A program made the translations under genes and the position numbers. A stretch of 64,000 nt of DNA. It comes from Vicugna vicugna (lineage: Eukaryota). The stretch is from positions 124,001 to 188,000 of the forward strand of contig MU057701.1 of NCBI GenBank assembly GCA_013265495.1, given 5' to 3'. The notes under the pieces are model-generated. The model had not been told where the DNA came from. It did not search any database and worked only from the letters and a program-made list of their open reading frames with translations. This document shows positions 26,660 to 36,000 of the stretch, in pieces; within the stretch, counting starts at the first letter, position 1; each line of letters starts with the position of its first letter.

Positions 26660-27372
26660 TGCTGCATAACAGACTGCCTCAAAATATAGTGGTATGAAAC
26701 AACAACAATCTTATTCCACTCACGAGTTCCTGAGTCAGGAATTTGGGAAGTTCTCGGCTGGGCAGTTCTGGCTTGGAGATTCCCATGCAGATGCAGTCAG
26801 ATGTTGGTTGGGGCTGCAGCCATCCAAAGGCTCACCTGGGCTGGATGTCGAGGATGGCTCAATCCTGGGGCTGGCAGCTGAAGATGGCTATTGGCTGGGA
26901 GCTCATCAGGGCTGTCAACCAAACACCTGTGCATGGTTACCAAAGCAGTTTCCTCAACCAGGGGCAATTTTGCCCCCTCCCAGGACATTTTTATTGATTA
27001 TAACTTGGGGTGCTGCTGGTAACTGGTGGATAGAGGCAGGGGAGCTGCTTAACATCCTGCAAAGCACATGACAGCTCCCCTCAGTAAAGAACTGTGCAAC
27101 CCAAAATGTCAATAGGGCCGAGGTGGAGAAACCCTGCTCCAAAGGCTGGGGGTCTCGGGGTCGTAGAACTTCTTACCTAGGTGCCGCTTCCCCTTGACTG
27201 AGCTCCCAAGGGAACTAGGTGGCCACCGCATGTCCTTTTATGACCCAGCTTCAGAAGTCACATAGCATGTGTACTGGTGGGAGCAGTCACACACCTGCCT
27301 AGACTCAAGTGGAGGAGATGTGTGTGGACCCCATCTCTCAATGAAAGGAGAGTCAGAGAATCAGCGGTCACT
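26660..27372 (-). mobile_element. Old MLT1 LTR interrupted by MER20
   Basis: ctgctgcataacagactgcctcaaaatatagtgg...gtcaggaatttggg...ctgggcagttctggcttgga, resuming after 27144 as ttttatgacccagcttcagaagtcacatagc. Confidence 0.7.
26946..27136 (+). mobile_element. MER20 with degenerate 8-bp target-site duplication
   Basis: cagtttcctcaaccaggggcaattttgcccc...cccaaaatgtcaatagggccgaggtggagaaaccctg. Flanks taccaaag (26938-26945) and ctccaaag (27137-27144). Confidence 0.85.
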
Positions 27373-29034
27373 TTTTAACCATCATAGAATAAACGGGATC
27401 AGCACCTTGGGAAGCAGGCAGATCATAGGACTGCTGGGGGTTGCCCTGGTCACCAGGTTCTCCTGCTGGGAGCTGGCCAAGCTGACACTGAGTCACTAGA
27501 CCAGCTCACAGGAGCAGCAGGTGTAAGTGGCTGAGGAGCCCTGACAGGAACCCCTGGACCCCAAACCCTTCATCAAATGTCACTGGGTTTTCTCTGGGCT
27601 AGTTGGAAATGGAGACCAGGGTGTCTGCCTAGGATTGTCCTTCTATCTCTTCCCCCTTTCTCTCCAATTAAACCCCATCCTTCCTCTCTGCTGGTCTCTA
27701 ACTGGGCCCTCCCTCACGCCTGTACCCTCACCTACCTCCAAGTACTTAAGCACTTCATTGCAAGTCCTTTTATTATTGGCTTGGGCAGGGAAATGTGCCA
27801 TTTGTGATTTAATTTCCACAAGACATTTGTCCCTAATTGCTAGTCATGGATGGTAATTAGTGACTATTAATTCCTGATAATTAACAAGCTAATACTTAGA
27901 GGTAATGGCACCTGGGTAATCATCTTAAAAGGCTCAAAGCTGCCGTGCTTTCGAGGCCCCAAGCTCCAAAGGATGACACTACATTTCAGCATCTCTCCCC
28001 TGGGAGCTGGGACTGCGTTTTGTTTACCAGGGCAGTGATTGGAGAATTGACAAATCTAGCCTTTAGTTTTCTTCTCTGAATTTAAAAAGAATACGTATTC
28101 TGTTTGAAGCTTTGTTGAGCCCAGAAAAGTATAGAGGAAATCAAATATATATAACCTTATTACCTGGAAACATCCACGGTCAATGTTTTGGTTTATTTCT
28201 TCCCAGTCTGTGAATTTTTTTTCACAGTAGAGTTTGTGTTAAATATGTGCTTCCACATCCAGCTTTATTTGTGTAATATTACAACATAAACATCTTCCCT
28301 TATGGCAGCAACTTACCAAATATGCCTGCCTCCCCCAGCAGAAAAATCAAATAACTGTTGTAGAGAGGGGGGTGGAATTCATGGGAAAAGAAGGAACAGC
28401 GATGTGAAAGGAAAGACTTGAGCATGATTAGGTGGGAACAGGGAATTCATTCTAGAGTGGAGGATCTTTGTGGGGACTCCTGTCCCTGCCCCCACTAACT
28501 GAGGACATTGGGTAGAAAAATATGTGCACAGTTACATAAGAAGAAAGACTGGAAGGCAGTGACCTAAGATGTTAATAATGGTGTTGATTTCAGCGTGGGG
28601 TGGCGCCAGTCATTTTCATCTTCTGCCTTACGATTTTTCCGTGCAGCACAGAGAAAAAAGCACTGAATCAGCCTTCCAACTCTTTTCAGCACACACTCTT
28701 TTCCATCTACAGAACTGCCTGCGTGATTGCAGGTTAAGTCTCCCCTCTGGGCCTTGATTTCTTTCTGTGTGGTGTGAGGGAAATATTAGTCCTCCTTCCC
28801 TAAGAGGTGCTGAGTGAGAACGCACCTCCAGGAAATCGATATGAAAAGATACGCCCAGGTGACTCCCGTCAGTAAGCCCAGTAGGATCAAGAAACAGATC
28901 TTGAGTAGCACTTGGCCATTGGCAAAGACAGTCTTCCAAAATTCTGTGTCACGTACGTGTCTGGATTCCCTAGTGGCCCACCCTGGGGGTGCCTCTTCAT
29001 CCCAACACTTCTTGAACCTGTTTATTTCTTCTGT

Positions 29035-29260
29035 AGGGAGGCAGTGTAGCTGCCACACAGACTTTGGACTGAGACCTGGGTTTAAATCCTCAGTCTGCCA
29101 CGCACCCGTGATGTCTGGAGGCTGCTTAGCATCTCTAAGCCTCAGTTTCCGCATCCATGAAATGGGGCCAGTACTCCCTACTGATGGGGTGGTTGTGAGG
29201 TCCTAATGAGATACTGTACCGTAAAGGGCTCTTCAGTACTCAGTCAACGATGATTGATTT
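29035..29260 (+). mobile_element. MIR SINE
   Basis: gggaggcagtgtag...gacctgggtttaaatcct...aagcctcagtttccgcatccatgaaatgggg. Confidence 0.8.
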
Positions 29261-30009
29261 ACAAATAAAAAATATTTCCTAATTGAAGTGTAAATTCAAC
29301 TGCTTAATGAGTGAGGTTGTTATCTTCCGCTCTGTGTGGAGTTCCATAAATGGGTTCCCTGCTCTGGAAAGGGACTTTTTGGTTTTCCCAAGCTCACTCC
29401 AGGCTTCAAGCTTGGCTATTATAGAGTTTGGCAGGTTGGGTCAACTTGGGCCTTTTCTTTTATTTCTTGCTTTTACAGATTCAGATCCAATCTTCTCCCC
29501 AGTTTCACCTTCCCAAATCTCCAAGATCTGAATCTTTTCTGTCTGACAAGCTTACCATTAAAACTGGCTGTTCAGCTCTGACCGGCGCTAGCTGTTGTAT
29601 TTAGAAGCCCTGATCTGTCGACTCTGCAAAACCAGGGGCTTTGCCCGTTGTTGGCTAATAGCAATGCCTTACACCAGGCTTGGGCGTCAGGTTTTGCAAA
29701 GCACGTCCACCTCTGCTGTTGCATTTACTCTCCCAGCAGTTTTGCTCTGTTATTCTTCAAGGGGGGACAGCACTGTCCCCTAAGTGGATTTCACAGAACG
29801 AAATACCACTGTGTGGTCACGTAAGTTTGGAAAACACTGGGATGAGCCAAGCTAAACAGACTTTTCAAGCCTTTAACCTGTAACTGTGCAGTGCGATTCT
29901 TCAAGATCTAGATGCAGTGTTTCCACAAGATTTTTTTTCACCAGAGTCCCTTTTGCTAGAATATTCCATGGAAGTTTTGCCCCATGGACCCTCATTTGGA
30001 AAGGTCTCA

Positions 30010-30330
30010 AGACTGAGGCAGGATGAAGTTTAAATGTAGGCACCACCATTTGCTGGCTGAGTGATCTCGGGCGAGTTTCTCAACCTCTCTGAATCTCAGT
30101 TTGCTTACCCATAAAACGGGGGTGATAAGAAGGTTGTAAAGATTAAAATGAAGTGCTGAGCAGAGTGCAATGATAAACATTCAATGTAATTTAGCTTTTA
30201 TTATTATCCTCTTCCTCTAGGTTACCTGGGAGAGGAATGGATCCCAGAAAGGCAAATTTCCCAACGTTGCACAGTTACTTAGTGAGAGAGCCAAGAATTA
30301 GGTCCAGGTGTCCTGACTCTCAGTTCAAGG
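30010..30330. mobile_element. MIR fragments
   Basis: gctgagtgatctcgggcgagtttctcaacctctctgaatctcagtttgc. Confidence 0.7.
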
Positions 30331-31575
30331 CTCTTCGCCGCTTATGGGGCTGTTACTCTCATTCAGGCAACTTACCCGTTTGTTCTTCTCTCCTTCCCTT
30401 ACCTCCATTCCTTCTGGCAGACATTGGGGTTTCGTGAGCCTCAAATATAAGTGAAAGTACTTAGGACACTGCTAGAAAAACCCTAATGATCATGACCCGT
30501 GTCATTACCCATCCCAGCAGTCCATGTAGTTGATTCCCAGAGGCACCTCCAGACAGCCTGCCCTGCCACCCCTCACGTCCTCCTCGGGACCCAAGGTTCC
30601 ACCGGTTGTAATACTGCCCATGCTGGTGTCATGGTCGTGATGCAGTCATTTCATGCTTTTCTGGCTTGTGAACTCTGACAGTGCTTCTGATTCCTTCGCT
30701 TCTGCCATGGCCGCCATCACAGGGCACCTCACACCGTAGGTGCTGTATGAGATATTTGTAACCCAGTCAGGGCCCAAGCTATCCAGCTGCGCCTCCCCCA
30801 CCACTGCATGCAGAATGGCTTGGCTTAGTGGGGAGGGCTGGCTGTTTTGCAGTTTATTTTCCCCTTCTTTGTCAAAGTCAGTGCAGGAGGGTTGGGCTTG
30901 GATTAAACCCCTGTGCTCTCCAGCCTGGTGGACTGGTAGGTGCGTGCCTTTGCTTCCAGGCACTCACATGCCTCCAGGAAGCCGGCACGGGGGTCATTCT
31001 CTCCCTTGTCAGCTGATAGAGCAGGGTTGGTGCTGTGGAATCTAGGCCAGGATGTGCCTTCTTCTTGCAAAGAGCACCCATTTTCCTCCCCTTCCATCTT
31101 TTCCCTGCCCTTCCAGCAAGCTCAGACTCTGCAGACGAATCAATCATCGTGAGTGTGGTTTCTGTCCCCTTTAAGCTGGCTGAGCCGAGAGCCACCTGTT
31201 CCTCAGCTGAGATTCGATGCCGTGCCTGGGGGAGGGCTTCTGGGCCACCCCTGGGGCCCCGAGGGTGATGGCCTGAGCCTTCCCATCACAGGTGCTGTGG
31301 CACCTGACTCTTCCCTGAACATTAACATCCTGTTGCAAAATTTCTGACTTTGCATTATTGCAAGGGGCCAGTGAAAGTTGCTCCCAGCCTGGCAACATTT
31401 GTTGCAAGCATGACCGGCTTAAGGGAGATTCCCCAGACCCTGCCCTCTTCTAGAAATAGCTCTGCTGTTTCACTTAGCCCCACTGGGTGACCCTCTTCTG
31501 GGCTCTGACCATATCTTGAGCTTTCCTGGCCACAGCAGTCACGACACTGTACCGTAGTCACCTGTTTGCTTGCCA

Positions 31576-31905
31576 CAGTGCTCCTGGGACTTCAGCAGGT
31601 ATACGACTCACCTGGATCGTGTTAAAATGCAGCTTCTGACTTAGAAAGTCAGAGGGGCCTGGGATTCTGCATTTCTACCACGCTTCTGGGGGATGTGGAT
31701 GCTGCTGGTCCAATGGCCACACTTCAAACAGCAAAGGGCAATCCTCAGCCTGAGCTGCAATTAGAACCACTGGGAGCAGAACGATGCCACTGCCCTGACA
31801 CGAGCCCAGTTACATCTGAATCTCTCAGACAGGCACCCGGGCATTAAGGACTTTTAGACACTGCCCGGGTGATTCCAGATTCCAGCCAGAGCTCAGAAGC
31901 TCTGA
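31576..31905. mobile_element. Two adjacent MER5-family elements
   Basis: tcacctggatcgtgttaaaatgcagcttctgactt...gggattctgcatttcta...gatgctgctggtcc...ccacactt. A second copy runs about 31735-31905. Confidence 0.7.
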
Positions 31906-32759
31906 GCTGGGCTGTGGGCTCTGTGGGGCGGCATCTGCTTGCCTTACTCCTCACTTTTCCCAGCTCCATCTCTGAGCCCAGGGCTTGGCCCAGGCAGGTA
32001 TCAGTAGGTGTGCATGTGGCTCACCTTGTGTCGGCTCTGTGGCTGGCTCAGAGCTGGCTCCTGCCAACACCGCATGCTGGGCAGGCACGAGTCAGACAAT
32101 GAGGTGGGTTTGAACATGGCCTGTTGAACATGGCCTGGGGTGTGGCTTCTTTCCCATGACCCACCCGGGTCTGCAGCTGATCAGAATCCACGAGGAAGAC
32201 ACCTTCCTGGAGGCCTGCCCTCTTTACCCCTCAGCCTCTCCCCCAGACTCCTGCCACTTCCTTGCCTGGGCCCCGCTGCTCTCTGCCAGGATGCACTCAT
32301 GTTCAGAGTCCCTCTCATCCCAGGGAAGCCCACCCCAGCAGAGTTCATGCCTCCATCCCTCCTCCCTGCCCGCCCCCCACCGGGCTCTTGGGCAGATCTC
32401 TCCCACAGCCCCCACCAAGCTGCATTCCCGGCTGCCTTGAGGGTGCCTTTGTCTTCTAGATGGGAACTCTTTGAGGCCAAGGATAACGTCAGGTTCATCC
32501 TTTTGTCTCCCCTGTCGGGCACAATGGGTTGCTGAATGAATGAGTGAATGAATGGCATTATCCAGCCAGGGGGTCTCCCAGAGAGAACCAGGCAGCCCCT
32601 TGCAGTGGCCTGTCAAGAAAGCTGTGAATTTCTAGTGGGGAGGAGGTGGCACCATGGCCTGACATCCAGGGAGCTGGCCTGTTGGTTTTCAGTCATCTAT
32701 TTGGCCTGGCCCGGCTGACTCAGTTACCCTCCAAAGGCCCCTCACCGTGGCCTCCTCAG

Positions 32760-32860
32760 AACCTTGGCTGCTACTGCCTGCTCACCGTCTCTTCTGCCCC
32801 CAGAGCCCACTCACCGCGGCTGGCACCGCGGCTGCGGGCCGCACGCTGACCGTCGGGAAG
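32760..32860 (+). other. CACNG5: 5' UTR part of the ATG-containing exon (acceptor either 32759/32760 or 32803/32804)
   Basis: Two candidate acceptors: ggcctcctcAG|A (32758-32759) and tctcttctgccccCAG|A (32802-32803). No upstream ATG in this segment. Confidence 0.6.
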
Positions 32861-33056
32861 ATGAGTGCCTGCGGAAGGAAGGCCCTGACCCTGCTGAGCA
32901 GCGTCTTTGCCGTGTGTGGCCTGGGCCTCCTGGGCATCGCCGTCAGCACCGACTACTGGCTGTACCTGGAGGAGGGCGTGGTCCTGCCCCAGAACCAGAG
33001 CACCGAGATCAAGATGTCCCTGCACTCTGGCCTCTGGAGAGTCTGCTTCCTTGCAG
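32861..33056 (+). CDS. CACNG5: CACNG5 coding exon 1 (ATG, TM1, start of extracellular loop 1)
   Basis: ATG at 32861 in context aagATGa. Encodes MSACG...GLWRVCFLA. Donor CAG|GTAAGG at 33056/33057. Confidence 0.97.
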
Positions 33057-36000
33057 GTAAGGGTGCCTGGGGTTGGGGACAGCCCTTCCCCGCCACCCCA
33101 AGAGAGCAGCAACCGCCACCAGGAAAACCTGCCTATGAGACCCCCCCCCCGGGGGAGAGATGTCCCTGCTAGGAGGAGGCAGTTCACACCGCGTGAGTCT
33201 CATGAACTCCGGGCAGCACTCCCGCCAACGCTCCTGCCAGCGATCAGGACCCAGTCCAAACTCCAGCCCCAGTGTTTGATGTCCATTTAGGCAAGTCCTC
33301 TCATCTCCTGGGACCTGGGTCTTCCCACCTGAAAGGGGAACGTGACCCCGGCTTCCCCACGCTCCATGCCCCGGCTGTGAGGCAGCCGTCGCACAGGTCC
33401 AACGCCCTTGCACGCCTCAGCTCGCTGAATCGTGGGCCTCAGTGTCTCCCCACGGCACTGCAAGGCAGGACCTGTTACCATGTCCGCTTTACAGACGAGG
33501 AGATGAGGACTCAGGGAGGTGCAGTCCCAGCATGGGCACGTTCTGGCGAGGGCCCTCTTCCTGCTCCGTAGCCAGCACCTTCTCGCTGTGTCCTCACGTG
33601 GCGGCAGGGGCGAGGGAGCTCTGTGGGATCTCTTTTATCAGGGCCTTAAACCCATTCATGACGGCCCCACCCTCATGACTTGAACACATCCCAAAGGCCC
33701 CAACTCCAAGTACCATCTCCTTGACTCAGTGCCACTTGTCTCCACTCATTGGCAGGATGGGAAACACTTAGCACTTTCGCTGTTCCTGTGTCCGTGACAT
33801 GGCAGAGAGAAAACACAAGTGCAGGCCTTCCCGGCAAGATGGTGTGGGTTTGGACTCCACCCATCTGGGCCTCCCACCCGCTTGCTAGGTCTTCTCTGGA
33901 CCCCTTGGAGTTGCTACTCCAAGTGCTCTGTCCTTATCCGCTCCTGTGGCCCCAAACCAGCCTGCACAAGAAAAGCATCCCGCGCCCTGTAAGACTGGCC
34001 AGAAACACCGCAGGGTCGTGGGTCGCGGACCCCTTCTTGGAGGGCTCTGAAACCGATGTGAGCACGGGGCAGAGGGAGCGCTTGGTCCTCCCAGCGTCAT
34101 GGTCGGGCCCTGGGGGATGGGGTGGTGGTTGGTGCCCACCAGTGTTTAGCAGAGAGGACACCTCAAGGCCTAGCCTCCTGGCGACATGCTGAGTCTACTT
34201 TGGGAATGGCACCTGACACTGACCTCCCCTCCCACTGCCCTAAACTGTGTGTATCTGTCTCTGCTTAAATCTGAAGCAGAGTCTGAAGTCACCGCCAAAG
34301 TGGTTGACAAGGCTTTGGGGGTTCTGCTCCATGACACCCGCTCTGGGGACCCAAGCCAGCCATGTGCCGTCATCAGTGGAGTCTGTCCCAAAGTGACGAG
34401 TCGGCCACCAGACTTTGACTCCGTGTTGAGTTTGCAGTGCTGACTGCTTTGCACGTGACTCTTGGTGCTTCTCCAGGAAAGATATGTTGTCAGGATGGGC
34501 GCCCGCCCCCAGTGGGGGCCACCAGCCAGGGACAGGACCCCCTAGGGTTTGGATCCAGCCCAGGCATAAATACACAATGGGTCAAAGATCCTAGAAGCAT
34601 CTGGAAATACCACTTGAATCTGCTAACTTCAAATCCATGTTCAAGGAGGAACTGGAAATGTAAGGGATGCTTGTCTCCACAGGCGAGGAGCGGGGCCGCT
34701 GCTTCACCATAGAGTATGTGATGCCCATGAACACCCAGCTGACCTCCGAGTCCACTGTCAACGTTCTAAGTAGGTGCCTCAGACTTTCCAGCCCAGGCCA
34801 TGGGGTGGGCAGAGCAGAGCCGGGCAGAGGGGAGAGTCAGGGTGACCAGCTCGTTTCTCAAGAGCTCATGCCCTTAGACTCAGCTGGCTGTGCTGGCCTG
34901 AGCTCACCAGAGCCAGCTCTGCCACTTACTTACCCAGTGGTGGTGCCAGGTTGCTGGAGTCTCCCAGTGTTGTGACCTGAGCAAATGAGAAGGCATCTGG
35001 ACCCTGTGTCTTCCTCCGTTTGGGCTGTTATAATGAAATACCACACACTGAGCAGCTTAGAGACAACAGAGATTTAATTTCTCTCAGCTCTGGAGATGAG
35101 AAGTTTGAGATCAAGGTGCCAGCGTGCTCACGTTTTGGTGAGGGCCCCCTCCCTGGTTCACAGCCGGTGCCTTCTTGCTGTGTCCTCACATGGAGGCAGG
35201 GATGAGGGAACTCTGAGGGGTCTCTTCTAAGGGCACTAATCCCATTCATGAGGGCTCCACCCTCATGACCTAAGTGCCTCCCAAAGACCCCCAACACCAA
35301 ATACCATCACACAGGGTGCTAGGTTTATCAAAATGAATTTTGTGGGGGACACAAACATTCACACCATAGCACCCAGGGAACCGAAGCAAGCTCTCTGGTC
35401 CCCAGTGAGACTGACGTCACAGCCTTGCCTCACCAGAGCTGGTTCTGACCACCCGAGGAGGGGACGGAGACCAAGATGCCCATGCAGGGTGGGGGCTTTG
35501 GGGACCGGCTGGCAGGTACTACCAGGAACACTTGACTCACAGGGGTGAGCTGCGGGGAAGACACTTGAGGCTGACAGCGTCCTTTCCTCCCTTAATTAGA
35601 AATGATTCGCTCAGCCACACCGTTCCCTCTGGTCAGCCTCTTCTTCATGTTCATTGGGTTTATCCTGAGCAACATCGGACACATCCGTCCCCACAGGACC
35701 ATCCTGGCCTTTGTCTCCGGCATCTTTTTCATCCTCTCTGGTAAGTCGTGTCATTTTCGTTCATGCACTCTGGACTTGTGACATTTGATTCCTAACCAGC
35801 TCTGCTCTGGGAAGTTCTGGTCACGGCGGTGAGTCAGTTCCTGGCACGGGACCAGCTGAGCCAGTGGTCCAGGCAGAACTGAGTCAGAGTGGAGGAGGCT
35901 GCTGATGACCGTGGGCCTGTCCCGCACCTCCGAGGAGCAGTGACCTGACCGGCCCCCTCACCGGGCAGAGCTGGGATTAGAACCCCGGGTCCTCCTCACT

